A stretch of DNA of 32,000 nucleotides from an uncultured bacterium (GCA_963699255.1 OY969425.1:1738856-1770855); one strand, 5' to 3'; positions 1 through 11,887 are shown, numbered from the stretch's first letter. Notes: generated by a model from the letters alone, not told the origin. Program-made: numbers and translations.

Positions 1-510
1 GTCAGGCTTTTCGCCCCGGTGCTTTCTTTTACCGCGGAAGATATCTGGAAACACATAAAGAAATCCGAAATCCTAAATCCTAAATCCGAAATAAATCCAA
101 AATACCAAATTCCAAACAATTCAATTTTTGAGGAAAAGATGCCTGAGGTAGACAAAAAACTGCTCGACGAAAAGCTTGAATCCAAATGGGATAAGCTTCT
201 CGGGATAAGAAGCGAGGTCTACAAGGTCTTTGAGAACGCGAGGGCTGAAAAATCGATAAGCCATCCGCTTGAGGCCAGGGTGGAGGCATTAATGGAAGGG
301 GAAGACTATAAGCTGCTGAAAGATATGGAGCCGCAGCTCCCATCCCTGTTCATAGTGTCGGAATTCCTTGTAAGCAAGGGAAGCAGGAACATAACCGTAA
401 AGAAAGCCGAAGGAAAAAAGTGCGAGAGATGCTGGATGCATCTAAAGTCAGTCGGCGCAAACAGCAAGCATCCAACGTTATGTGAGAGATGCGCCGGAGT
501 GGTCGGGTGA
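1..510 (+). CDS. ileS: Isoleucyl-tRNA synthetase, C-terminal part (5' truncated by window edge)
   Basis: Frame is open from base 1 (VRLFAPVLSFTAEDIW...), with anticodon-binding-domain-like sequence and a C-terminal zinc-binding CERCW...LCERCAGVV. The GTG at 19 is internal. Confidence 0.9.
   Translation, partial: VRLFAPVLSFTAEDIWKHIKKSEILNPKSEINPKYQIPNNSIFEEKMPEVDKKLLDEKLESKWDKLLGIRSEVYKVFENARAEKSISHPLEARVEALMEGEDYKLLKDMEPQLPSLFIVSEFLVSKGSRNITVKKAEGKKCERCWMHLKSVGANSKHPTLCERCAGVVG
60..122 (+). repeat. AAATCC(N)AAA-type short repeat tract inside ileS
   Basis: aaatccgaaatcctaaatcctaaatccgaaataaatccaaaataccaaattccaaac; encodes KSEILNPKSEINPKYQIPNN within the ileS frame. Confidence 0.75.
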
Positions 511-592
511 CCTGACAATTCCCCCAACTTCCTTTAATAAAGGGGTTGCGAGTTAAGCGAGCAGGGGATTCATGAATTGACCGCTGTGATCA

Positions 593-3500
593 TCAATTAT
601 TTTTTATCGCTTTCTTTCTCAAGATCACTTTACTGCCGGCCAGAACTATAATAGAATACATTCCGGCAGCTGCCCCGGAGCCATCCCACGTTTGAGAGTA
701 AACTCCCGCCTGTTGATTTTTCTGGTTCTGTGTCCATACAACATTGCCCAGAGCGTTGCAGATCGTTATCGTTACATCGCTCGTGCTTTCAAGGTTATAT
801 ACGATATTGAGATTGCCTGTAAAAGGATTCGGATAAATACTATTCAGCTTGGTTGTGGGGTAGCCCGCAATTATCCCATCGCTGTGACCAGCTAAGCTCC
901 ACAGGCCGGCTCCATCTTTGGCCTCTACATGGAAATAATATGTAACGCCTTCGGTCAGGGAAAGACCGGTCACGGTCACATCGGTATTTGTTCCGGCAGA
1001 AGTCCAGTTTATGATCTTTCCATTTTCCGGATCGGTTGGATCGGTCGATATCGTATATATATATTCTGTTACTCCTGATTCCGGGTCGGAAGAAGACCAG
1101 GCGGCATGGAACTCTGATAACGATGTGGTATATGTCCCATCATCTGTGACGACAGGCGTTGTTGGAGGCGTAGTGTCAACGGTTATCCCATCGCTGTGGA
1201 CGATGTCGCTCATCTTGCCAACTCCATTCACAGCTCTTACATGGAAATAGTAGGTTTTTCCGTTGGCCAGGTCAAGCCCTTTTGCGGTTATTTTGGTGGC
1301 ATCGGGCCCGACGGAGGTCCAGGGCAGAGCATTTTCAGCCATCCCGATCATCGGGTCATTTGGATCTGTTGATATGGCATACTCATATCCTGTTATGCCC
1401 GATTCATTATCAAAAGAAGGAGACAGAGTGGCGTCGAGCTCGGTTGAAGAGCTGGTGTATTCTCCGCTATCAGTGACAGCCGGGTCTGATGGGGGAGTGG
1501 TGTCAACAATGCCGATTTGTAAGCCGTCGCTGCTGCCGACTTCGCTCCACATGCCGGCTCCGTCTTTTGCCTTAACATGGAAATAGTAAGATTTTGTGCC
1601 GGATAAGGATAGATTATCCAGGGTTACCTGGGTATTTGTTCCGGCAGATGTCCAGGTTACGAGATTCCCGATATCCGGATCATTTGGATCGGTCGATATG
1701 GAATACATATATTCTGTCACACCTGATTCTGGATCGGAAGAAGACCAGGCTCCCTTGAGCGTGGCCGTAGGGCCGGATTTTTGTACCATGCCGTTGACAA
1801 CAGGCTTTGTAGGAGGCGTAATGTCGACTGTTATGCCGTCGCTGTGACCGGGGACGCTAAATTGGCCTGCTCCGTTCTTGGAGATCACATGGAAATAGTA
1901 AGTCTTGCCTTCCTCTAAGTTAAGGTCGGACAGGGTTATTTCGGTATCAGTTCCGGCAGATGTCCAGGGTACGATATTTTCAGGGTCCCCGATCTTCGGA
2001 TCATCCGGGTCGGTCGATACAGCATACCAATATCCTGTCACACCCGATTCATCATCTGAAGAGGACCATGTGGCATGAAGATCGGAAGATGTAGTATATT
2101 TCCCGTCGTCGGTGACATTGGGCTGTGATGGGAGTGTAGTGTCAACTTTTATCCCATCGCTGTGAACGATGTGGCTTGCCAGTCCTTCTCCATTTATGGC
2201 CTTTACATGGAAATAATAGGTTTTCCCGTTGGTCAAGTTAAGGTTGGTCGCGTTTATGTCGGTGGTATTAGGTCCGAGGGGAGTCCACTCCACGACATTG
2301 CCGGTATCCGGATCAAGCGGATCGGTAGATATTGAATATTGATATTCCTTTATTTCCGAATCCGGATCGGAAGCGGGAGACAATGCGGCATGCAGCTCGG
2401 ATGAAATGATAGTGTATACCCCGTCATCCGTTACAGCCGGGTCTGTAGGAGGAGTCGTATCCGGCGATTTAACCAGGTCTTTATAAACATTAACAAAGTT
2501 GCCTGACAGGAGCAGGGCCGCAAAACTCGCCAGAGATTGATTGTAATATAAATTCGCTACCCCTGTTTCGCTCGTATTGCCCCAGTAACCGCCGTTCGCC
2601 GCAGTCGCGTATTGAGAGAAATTGTTCTCAAATTCCGTATTAAAGGCAGACTTATAAACGGGCGATCCGCTTACCATAGCACCTGTTGCCCACATACCTG
2701 CGGTTATTTCGCTGTGCCATGCGCCCTCATTACTGGTGTAGGGAGTGCCATCCATTTTGTAAAGGATCGAATTTGCCGCTGCCGCAGCTTCGCTTCCATA
2801 TCTGCCTGTAAGGTTATTTTTCCCGTTCGTGCAATACTGGACTGCTCTCGGGTCATTGAACCAGATGGCATCAACTGCCATCATCCATGGAGTTCTTATC
2901 GCGTCGTTCCACATGTCAGCGCCATTGCTTAATGGGCCGGTAGTGCCGTACTGGCTGATCCCTCCGGTTTTGGTGTCCATCAGATCCGGGCTTAGACCGT
3001 TAGAATACCCTTGGCTTGATTGAAGGGTCGTAAAACATTGATCCACAACGGTTTTCCAGTCGTGGAAGGTTGCCTGATAGTATTGGAAGGTCTTTAGGGC
3101 AGCCGTAAAGAAATATGAAGGATTGGCCGCGTCCTTGCTAACCCAGCCGTCCCCGGGCATTAAATATTTTTTCAAGCCAACATTATCAACATCATTAGCA
3201 TATATATTATTGATAAGGTCTTGCGCTTTGCCGCTGTAATTATTGTCTGTGTCTGACCAGCAGCCGTGTTTGACAAGGGTGTCCGCGAATATCAGGGCGA
3301 GGGTGATGAAGATGTCGCCGTCAGTGGCGGATGTCGCGTCGAGAACATTATCGCCGGACTTGTCGACCGTGGCTGCGAAAAGGCCTTTACCGTCCTTATT
3401 GTGCATTTTTGCGTATGCGGCGGTCAGGATCTTATCGAAATATGTCTGGTCGCTGTTGTAAATGGCAAGAAGAAGTCCGTATCCCTGTGCTTCGGAGGTT

Positions 3501-6500
3501 GAACCTTCAGTATCAGGGGAGCCGTTGTTCCCCAATTGCGGGTTGTGGACGAGGCCCGATGTATATGCGTCGATGAAATTCGTTTTATAATTCGCCCATG
3601 TGCCGCCTATCTTGTCCTTGTAATCGCTGCCCGCTGTCGGATAGTCCGCCGAATAACACAGGAAATACAACGATCCAACCGTGTCATTCACCGTGATCCC
3701 GTCGCTGTTGCCGACATTGCTCCACATATTGGCTCCGTTCTTGGCCTTTACATGGAAGTAATAGGTTGTTCCGTTGGTCAGGGAAAGTCCGGTCTTGGTT
3801 ACTTGAGTATCTGTTTGGACAGAAGTCCAGTCAACTATCTTTCCATTCTCCGGGTCAGTTGGATCTGTTGATATGGAATACTGATATTCTGTTATGCCTG
3901 AATCCGGATCGGAAGAAGACCATGAGGCATGGAGCTGGGTTGAATAGTTCGTATATATTCCATCATCGTAGACAATAGGATCTGTAGGTGGAGTGGTGTC
4001 AACGGCAACCGTGATCCCGTCGCTGCTGCCAATATTGCTCACCAGGCCGGCCCCGTCTTTGGCTTTTACATGGAAGTAATAGGTTGTGCCATTGGTCAGG
4101 GAAAGTCCGGTCCTGGTTACTTGGGTATCTGTTTGGACAGGGGTCCAGGGTACGATGTTCCCGGTATCCGGATCGGTCGGGTCGGTGGATATGGAATACT
4201 GATATTCTGTAACACCTGATTCCGGATCTGAAGAAGACCATGAAGCGTGGAGCTGGGATAATGAGCCTGTAGATACTCCATCATCGATAACAACAGGATC
4301 TGTAGGAGGTGTGGTGTCAACGGTTATCCCGTCGCTGCTGCCGACATTGCTCCACTGGCCGGCTCCGTCTAACGCCTTTATATGGAAATAGTAGGTTTGG
4401 CCATTGGTTAAATTAAGGTTGCTTGCGGTTATGTCGGTATCAGTGCCGGCGGGAGTCCAGGGCAAAATGTTCCCGGTATCCGGATCGGTAGGATCGGTGG
4501 ATATGGAATACTGATATTCTGTAACGCCTGATTCCGGGTCTGAAGAAGAGTATGTGACATGGAGCTGGGATAAAGATGTAGCATATTTCCCATCATCATT
4601 GACAATAGGATCTGTAGGAGGTGTATCGTCAACCATTATTCCATCGCTGTTGGCAACATTGCTCCACAGGCCGGCTCCGTTCTTGGCCTTTACATGGAAA
4701 TAGTAGGTTTGGCCATTGGTTAAATTAAGGTTGCTTGCGGTTATTTCGGTATTCGTATCGGCGGTAGTCCAGGGTACGATGTTCCCGATAGTTGGATCGG
4801 TAGGATCGGTCGATATGGAATACTGATATTCTATTACGCCTGATTCCTTATCGATCGAAGGAGACCATGTGGCATGGAGCTGGGATAAAGAAAGGGTGTA
4901 TACCCCATCATCGGTGACGGCCGGATCTGAAGGGGGAGTTGTATCTGCCATCATAACCACATCTTTGTAAACATTGACAAAGTTCCCTGACAGGAGCAGA
5001 GCTGCAAAACTCGCCAGAGATTGATTGTAATAGTATTTTCCTACTCCGGGCCAGTTGCCCCAGTAACCGCCGTTCGCCGCGGTCGCATTCTGGGAAAAAT
5101 TGTTCTCAAATTCTGTATTGAAGGCGGACTGATAAACTGGCGATCCGCTTACCATAGCGCCGGTTGCCCACATACCTTCGGTCAATTCATTGTGGAATGC
5201 GCCGTCGCCATCTCCGTATGGAGTGCCGTTCATGTCGTAAAGAATTGCCTTTGACGCTGCCGTTGTTTCATCGCCATAGGAGCATGTAAGGAAAATCCTC
5301 CCGTTCTGCAAATACTCATCGGCTCTTTTGTCATTGAACCATATCTTATCAAGTGTCATCATCCATGGACCCCTTATCCCGTCGTACCACATATGATAGC
5401 CATTATCTGATGCACCTGCTGGGCCGGTATGGCCGTATTGGCTTATCCCTCCGGCTCTGGTGCACATATCCGGGGTTAAGCCGTTGGAATATCCGTCGGT
5501 CGATTGAAGGGTCGTGTAGCATTGATCGACAACGGGTTTCCAGTCGTGGAAGTTCGCCTGGTAGAATTGGAAGGTCTTTAAGGCAGCCGTGAAGAAATAT
5601 GAAGGATTGGCGGCATCCTTGCCGGTCCAACCATCCCCGGGCATCAGATACTGCCCGCCATCAACGTCGTTCGCGTATATGTTGTCGATAAGGTTCTGCG
5701 CTTTGCTGCCGTAATCATTGCCTGTGTCTGACCAGCAGCCTTGTTTGATAAGTGTATCCGCAAATATCAGGGCAAGGGTGATGAAGATATCGCCGTCAGT
5801 GGTGGATGTTGCGTCGAGAACATTATCGCCGGACATGTCAACCGTGGATGCAAAGAGGCCTTTTCCGTCCTTATCGTGCATTTTTGCGTATGCGGCGGTC
5901 AGGATCTTATCGAAATAGGTCTGGTCGCTATTATAAATGGCAAGAAGAAGTCCGTAGCCTTGCGCTTCGGAGGTTGAGCCTTCAGTATCAGGGGACCCAT
6001 TGTCTCCCAATTGCGGGTTGTGGACCAGGCCCGATGCATATGCGTCAATGAAATTCGTTTTATAATTCGCCCATGTGCCGCCTATCTTGTCCTTGTAATC
6101 GCTGCCTGCTGTCGGATAGTTCGCCGAATAACACAGGTAATACAATGGTGTTGTTATGTTATTCGCCGTGATCCCGTCGCTGTGGCCGACATTGCTCCAT
6201 AGATCGGATCCGTTCTTGGCCTTTACATGGAAGTAATAGGTAGTTCCATTGGTCAGTGTGAGCCCGGTTGCGGTCACCTGGGCATCAGTCCCTGTAGAAG
6301 TCCAGGGCACGATGTTCCCGGTATCCGGATCGGTCGGATCGGTCGATATGGAATACTGATATTCTGCAATGCCCGAATCCGGATCGGAAGAAGACCATGA
6401 GGCATGGAGCTGGGTTGCAGAGCTGGTAGTTGCCCCATCATCGGTAACGACAGGATCTGTAGGGGGTGTCAGATCAAAATTCGTAGTGATCCCATCGCTG

Positions 6501-8056
6501 CTAACGACATTACTCCACAGGCCGGCTCCGTTCTTGGCCTTTACATGGAAATAATAGGTCGTTCCGTTGGTCAGGGAAAGTCCGGTCTTGGTCACTTGAG
6601 TATCTGTTTGGACAGAAGTCCAGGGGACTATGTTCCCTGTGTCCGGATCGGTCGGATCGGTCGATATTGAATACTGATATTCTGCAATGCCTGATTCCGG
6701 GTCGGAAGAAGACCATGTAGCATGGAGCTGGCTTGGAGATGCTGTATTTGCTCCATCGTCAGTAACAATAGGGTCTGTAGGTGGAGTTGTATCCGGCGGC
6801 ACCATAAGGTCGTTGTAAACATTAACAAGGTTCCCGGACATGAGCAAAGCGGCAAAACTCGCCAGAGATTGATTGTAATATTCACTTCCTTCCCCGGACC
6901 AGTTGCCGTTGCCCCAGTATCCGCCGGTTGCCGCGGTCGCGTATTGGGAGAAATTGTTTTCAAATTCCGCATTGAAGGCGGATTTGGTATTTGGCCGTCC
7001 ACTTCCCATAGCGCCGGTCCCCCACATACCCGCGGTCATTTCACTGTGCCATGCGCCGTCACCATTGGTATATGGAGTTCCATTCATGTCATATAAAATT
7101 GCATTTGACGCTGCCGATTGTGCTGCCGAGTTGTCATCAGTATCAGTACCTGCAAGAAAGGTCATTCCGTTCTGGCAATACTGGACCGCTCTTGGATCTT
7201 TGAACCAGATGGCATCAAGTGCCATCATCCATGGAGTCCTTATCCCGTCGTACCACATATGATAGCCATTGTCTGATGGGTATGATGGGCCGGTAGTGCC
7301 ATATTGGCTTATCCCTCCGGCTCTTGTGCACAGATCCGGGCTCAGGCCGTATAAGTAGCCGTCGTATCCATCGGGATTCACCGCTTGAAGTGTCATATAG
7401 CATTGATCCACAACGGGATCCCAGTCATGGAAGTTTTTCTGGTAGTTTTTAAAGGTTTTTAAGGCAGCCGTGAAGAAGTAGGAAGGATTGGCCGCATCCT
7501 TGCTGCTCCATCCATCACCGGGCATAAGATATTTTCCGTTATCAACGTCGTTAGCGTATATGTTGTCGATAAGGTCTTGCGCTTTGCTGTCGTAATTGTT
7601 GCTTGTATCCGACCAGTAGCCTTTTTGTACAAGGATATCCGCGAATATCAGGGCGAGGGTGATGAAGGTGTCGCCGTCAGTGGCAGAGGCATAGCTGGAA
7701 TTATTCAGGTTACCGTTTATATCGACTACGGAGGCGAACAACCCTTTTCCGCTACTGCTGTTATCATGCATTTTCGCGTAGACAGCGGTCAGTATCTTAT
7801 CGAAATAGATCTGGTCATTATTGTAAAGGGCTAGAAGAAGTCCATAGCCCTGTCCTTCTGAGGTCGCGCCTTGGGTCTCATCGAAGCCGACAGTGGCCGG
7901 ATCATCCGGCAACTGCGGGTTGTGGACCAGGCCGGTGGTATAGGCGTCAATGAAATTCTTCTTATAATTCGCCCATGTGCCGCTTACCTTGTTTTTATAA
8001 TCGCTGCCCGCGGACGGGTAGCTAGCCGAATAAGGCAGAAAATACAATGGACCCAT
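593..8056 (-). CDS. Giant multidomain protein: three GH8-like catalytic modules, about 11 FN3-like repeats and a C-terminal Por/T9SS-type sorting (FlgD-like) domain
   Basis: Three copies of a YPxAGSDYKxKxxGTWANYKxxFIDAY...SEGQGYGLLLALYN...YLMPGDGW...NPSYFFTAALKTF module (GH8 style). Repeats of DTTPPTDPxVTDDG...YxYSISTDPTDPDTGN...LTNGTTYYFHVKAKNGAGLWSNVGxSDGI. C-terminus has YPNPFTGNLNIVYNL...VTITICNALG...WDGSGAAAGMYSI. Confidence 0.88.
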   Translation of the reverse strand: MGPLYFLPYSASYPSAGSDYKNKVSGTWANYKKNFIDAYTTGLVHNPQLPDDPATVGFDETQGATSEGQGYGLLLALYNNDQIYFDKILTAVYAKMHDNSSSGKGLFASVVDINGNLNNSSYASATDGDTFITLALIFADILVQKGYWSDTSNNYDSKAQDLIDNIYANDVDNGKYLMPGDGWSSKDAANPSYFFTAALKTFKNYQKNFHDWDPVVDQCYMTLQAVNPDGYDGYLYGLSPDLCTRAGGISQYGTTGPSYPSDNGYHMWYDGIRTPWMMALDAIWFKDPRAVQYCQNGMTFLAGTDTDDNSAAQSAASNAILYDMNGTPYTNGDGAWHSEMTAGMWGTGAMGSGRPNTKSAFNAEFENNFSQYATAATGGYWGNGNWSGEGSEYYNQSLASFAALLMSGNLVNVYNDLMVPPDTTPPTDPIVTDDGANTASPSQLHATWSSSDPESGIAEYQYSISTDPTDPDTGNIVPWTSVQTDTQVTKTGLSLTNGTTYYFHVKAKNGAGLWSNVVSSDGITTNFDLTPPTDPVVTDDGATTSSATQLHASWSSSDPDSGIAEYQYSISTDPTDPDTGNIVPWTSTGTDAQVTATGLTLTNGTTYYFHVKAKNGSDLWSNVGHSDGITANNITTPLYYLCYSANYPTAGSDYKDKIGGTWANYKTNFIDAYASGLVHNPQLGDNGSPDTEGSTSEAQGYGLLLAIYNSDQTYFDKILTAAYAKMHDKDGKGLFASTVDMSGDNVLDATSTTDGDIFITLALIFADTLIKQGCWSDTGNDYGSKAQNLIDNIYANDVDGGQYLMPGDGWTGKDAANPSYFFTAALKTFQFYQANFHDWKPVVDQCYTTLQSTDGYSNGLTPDMCTRAGGISQYGHTGPAGASDNGYHMWYDGIRGPWMMTLDKIWFNDKRADEYLQNGRIFLTCSYGDETTAASKAILYDMNGTPYGDGDGAFHNELTEGMWATGAMVSGSPVYQSAFNTEFENNFSQNATAANGGYWGNWPGVGKYYYNQSLASFAALLLSGNFVNVYKDVVMMADTTPPSDPAVTDDGVYTLSLSQLHATWSPSIDKESGVIEYQYSISTDPTDPTIGNIVPWTTADTNTEITASNLNLTNGQTYYFHVKAKNGAGLWSNVANSDGIMVDDTPPTDPIVNDDGKYATSLSQLHVTYSSSDPESGVTEYQYSISTDPTDPDTGNILPWTPAGTDTDITASNLNLTNGQTYYFHIKALDGAGQWSNVGSSDGITVDTTPPTDPVVIDDGVSTGSLSQLHASWSSSDPESGVTEYQYSISTDPTDPDTGNIVPWTPVQTDTQVTRTGLSLTNGTTYYFHVKAKDGAGLVSNIGSSDGITVAVDTTPPTDPIVYDDGIYTNYSTQLHASWSSSDPDSGITEYQYSISTDPTDPENGKIVDWTSVQTDTQVTKTGLSLTNGTTYYFHVKAKNGANMWSNVGNSDGITVNDTVGSLYFLCYSADYPTAGSDYKDKIGGTWANYKTNFIDAYTSGLVHNPQLGNNGSPDTEGSTSEAQGYGLLLAIYNSDQTYFDKILTAAYAKMHNKDGKGLFAATVDKSGDNVLDATSATDGDIFITLALIFADTLVKHGCWSDTDNNYSGKAQDLINNIYANDVDNVGLKKYLMPGDGWVSKDAANPSYFFTAALKTFQYYQATFHDWKTVVDQCFTTLQSSQGYSNGLSPDLMDTKTGGISQYGTTGPLSNGADMWNDAIRTPWMMAVDAIWFNDPRAVQYCTNGKNNLTGRYGSEAAAAANSILYKMDGTPYTSNEGAWHSEITAGMWATGAMVSGSPVYKSAFNTEFENNFSQYATAANGGYWGNTSETGVANLYYNQSLASFAALLLSGNFVNVYKDLVKSPDTTPPTDPAVTDDGVYTIISSELHAALSPASDPDSEIKEYQYSISTDPLDPDTGNVVEWTPLGPNTTDINATNLNLTNGKTYYFHVKAINGEGLASHIVHSDGIKVDTTLPSQPNVTDDGKYTTSSDLHATWSSSDDESGVTGYWYAVSTDPDDPKIGDPENIVPWTSAGTDTEITLSDLNLEEGKTYYFHVISKNGAGQFSVPGHSDGITVDITPPTKPVVNGMVQKSGPTATLKGAWSSSDPESGVTEYMYSISTDPNDPDIGNLVTWTSAGTNTQVTLDNLSLSGTKSYYFHVKAKDGAGMWSEVGSSDGLQIGIVDTTPPSDPAVTDSGEYTSSSTELDATLSPSFDNESGITGYEYAISTDPNDPMIGMAENALPWTSVGPDATKITAKGLDLANGKTYYFHVRAVNGVGKMSDIVHSDGITVDTTPPTTPVVTDDGTYTTSLSEFHAAWSSSDPESGVTEYIYTISTDPTDPENGKIINWTSAGTNTDVTVTGLSLTEGVTYYFHVEAKDGAGLWSLAGHSDGIIAGYPTTKLNSIYPNPFTGNLNIVYNLESTSDVTITICNALGNVVWTQNQKNQQAGVYSQTWDGSGAAAGMYSIIVLAGSKVILRKKAIKNN
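2465..3685 (-). other. GH8-like module C
   Basis: GSLYFLCYSADYPTAGSDYKDK...VYKDLVKSPDTTPP; boundaries approximate. Confidence 0.75.
4960..6160 (-). other. GH8-like module B
   Basis: TTPLYYLCYSANYPTAGSDYKDK...VYKDVVMMADTTPP; boundaries approximate. Confidence 0.75.
6795..8056 (-). other. GH8-like module A (N-terminal)
   Basis: MGPLYFLPYSASYPSAGSDYKNK...YNDLMVPPDTTPP; boundaries approximate. Confidence 0.75.
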
Positions 8057-8312
8057 ATTACCCCCTTACAATATATTATCGTCACTATCTTTGCGAAATT
8101 TCACTGTTTTGATGAAATTAATATGGAGATATTTGGATATGGAGTGACGCATTCCGGCACCAGGGTTCCTCTTAGATAGGGGCGAAAAAGGTCAATATTA
8201 TGAGGTTTAATGGCAGAAAAAGCGAAAAGCGCGGGAAGCGCATTATGTTCCGTCGGTGACGGCAGGGCACATCCGCCATATGTTAACTGTGGATCCATCG
8301 TATCAGCGCCAA

Positions 8313-10467
8313 TTATTTTTTTACGACCTTTACCGTTGAGAAGGTATTGTTGCCGGCCTGGATCTGAACGTAATATATTCCGGGAGCCACGTTCGTACCA
8401 TCCCAGGGAACTTCCTGATCACCTGCCGATTGTCTGCCCGGCTCAAGAGTACTTACGACCCTGCCGAAACTGTTGTAGATCTTTATCGTTACCTCGCTTT
8501 CACTTCCGAGCTGATATTTGATCCTGATACCGGATTGGAACGGGTTTGGATAGCAAGCAGACGGTTGAGTTGTTTTGGAGGTTTCGGATATAAGCGTAGG
8601 AATATTTACTGTTATCCCGTCGCTGTGGCCGACAGTGCTCCACTGGCCCGCTCCGTTTTTGGCCATCACATGGAAGTAATAGGTGGTTCCGTTGGTCAGT
8701 GTGAGCCCGGTTGCGGTCACCTGGGCATCAGTTCCTGTAGAAGTCCAGGGCACAATGTTCCCGGTATCCGGATCGGTCGGGTCGGTTGATATTGCATACC
8801 TATATTCTGTTATTCCCGATTCATCATCAGAAGAAGACCATGAGGCATGGAGCTCGGATAAAGAGACGGTGCTTTCTCCATCATCAATGACAATAGGATC
8901 CTGAAGGGGCTGTATCGTCAAAGGTTATTCCATCGCTGTGGCCTACGTTACTTGCTAGCCCGGCTCCGTTTATGGCTTTTACATGGAAGTAATAGGTTGT
9001 TCCGTTGGTCAGTGTGAGCCCAGTTGCGGTTATGTCGGTATTTGTTCCTGCAGATGTCCAGGGGACGATGTTTCCTTTGTCCGGATCGATCGGATCGGTC
9101 GATATGGAATACTGATATTCTGTAATGCCTGATTCTGCATCAGAAGAAGACCATGAAGCATGGAGCTGGGATGTAATAATAGTATATGTTCCATCATCGG
9201 TAACAACAGGGTCTGTAGGCGGAGTTGTATCCGGCGCTTTAACCAGGTCGTTGTAAACATTGACAAGGTTCCCCGCCATGAGCAAGGCTGCAAAACTCGC
9301 CAGAGATTGATTGTAATAGTAATTCCCTTCCCCGGAGTAGTTGCCCCAGTAGCCGCCATTTTCCGCAGTCGCGTATTGAGAAAAATTGTTCTCAAATTCA
9401 GAATTAAATGCGGATTGAAAAGCTGATAGTCCGCTTCCCATAGCGCCGGTTCCCCACATACCTGTGGTCATTTCGCTATGAAATGCACCATCCGTGTTCC
9501 CGTATGCAGTGCCGTTCATTGCATAATGTATCGCGTTTGACGCTGCCGCTGTTTCGCCCCCATATAGACCGTTAAGGAAGTTCATTCCGTTCTGGCAATA
9601 TGTGACGGCTCTTTGGTCTTTGAACCAGATGGCATCAAGTGCCATCATCCATGGAGTTCTTATTGCCTGGTACCACATATCATAGCCATTGCCCGAAGGG
9701 TTATCGCCGCCCAAACCGTAAGTATTAATGCCTCCGGCTCTTGTGCACCAATCCGGGCTCAGGCCGTATAAGTAGCCGTCGTATCCATCTGGATTCACCG
9801 CTTGAAGGGTCGTATAGCATTGGTCTACCACGGTATCCCAGTCATGGAAGTTTTTCTCATAGTTTTTAAAGGTTTTTAAGGCAGCCGTAAAGAAGTAGGA
9901 AGGATTGGCCGCATCCTTGCCGCTCCAGCCGTCACCGGGCATCAAATATTTCCCGCCATCAACGTCATTAGCATAGATGTTGTCAATAAGGGCCTGCGCT
10001 TTACTGCCGTAATCGTTGCTTGTGTCTGACCAGTAGCCTTTTTGTACAAGGATATCCGCGAATATCAGGGCGAGGGTGATGAAGGTGTCGCCGTCAGTGG
10101 CGGATGAGTAATCGGAAACATTCAGATTCCCGGACTTATCGACGACGGACACGAAGAGGCCTTTTCCGTCCTTATCGTGCATTTTTGCATAAGTAGCGGT
10201 CAGGATGTTATCAAAGTAAGCCTGGTCGCCATTGTAAAGGGCAAGAAGAAGTCCGTAGCCCTGACCTTCAGAAGTCGCGCCTTGGGTCTCATCAAAGCCG
10301 ACAGTGACCGGATCGTCCGGCAACTGCGGGTTGTGGACCAGGCCGGTGGTATAGGCGTCAATGAAATTCTTCTTATAATTCGCCCATGTGCCGCTTACCT
10401 TGTTTTTATAATCGCTGCCCGCGGACGGGTAGCTAGCCGAATAAGGCAGAAAATACAATGGACCCAT
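8313..10467 (-). pseudogene. Second GH8 / FN3 / sorting-domain gene, interrupted by a frameshift near 8900 (tracks 8884..10467 and 8313..8921)
   Basis: The upstream ORF is homologous to module A. Its frame ends DTAPSGSYCH*, while the overlapping frame continues QDPIVIDDGESTVSLSELHASW...YPNPFQSGIRIKYQL...; removing one G from TCAGGATCC restores DTAPSDPIVIDDG. Confidence 0.8.
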
Positions 10468-10569
10468 ATTACCCCCTTACGATATGTTATCGTCCCTTTC
10501 TTTTTAAAATTTCATTATTGGCGGAAAATATTTTCATATATAATAAGACAGATATGATATAATCCATAA

Positions 10570-11838
<1,269 letters not shown>

Positions 11839-11887
11839 GATAGGGGATAGAGATTAGGGACCGGATGTCAGGGAAAGGAAATATCAA

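Noticed and set aside
692-7834. Many plus-strand ORFs of 60-120 aa antisense to the GH8/FN3 gene
   Set aside because: They recur because the minus-strand gene is repetitive; compositionally they are shadow ORFs (RSPG, TILIRYQ-type translations) with no family signal.
593-10467. Repeats here taken as a CRISPR or transposon array
   Set aside because: Repeat units are protein-coding domain repeats (GH8, FN3) with diverged sequence and coding-frame spacing; no transposase or spacer pattern.
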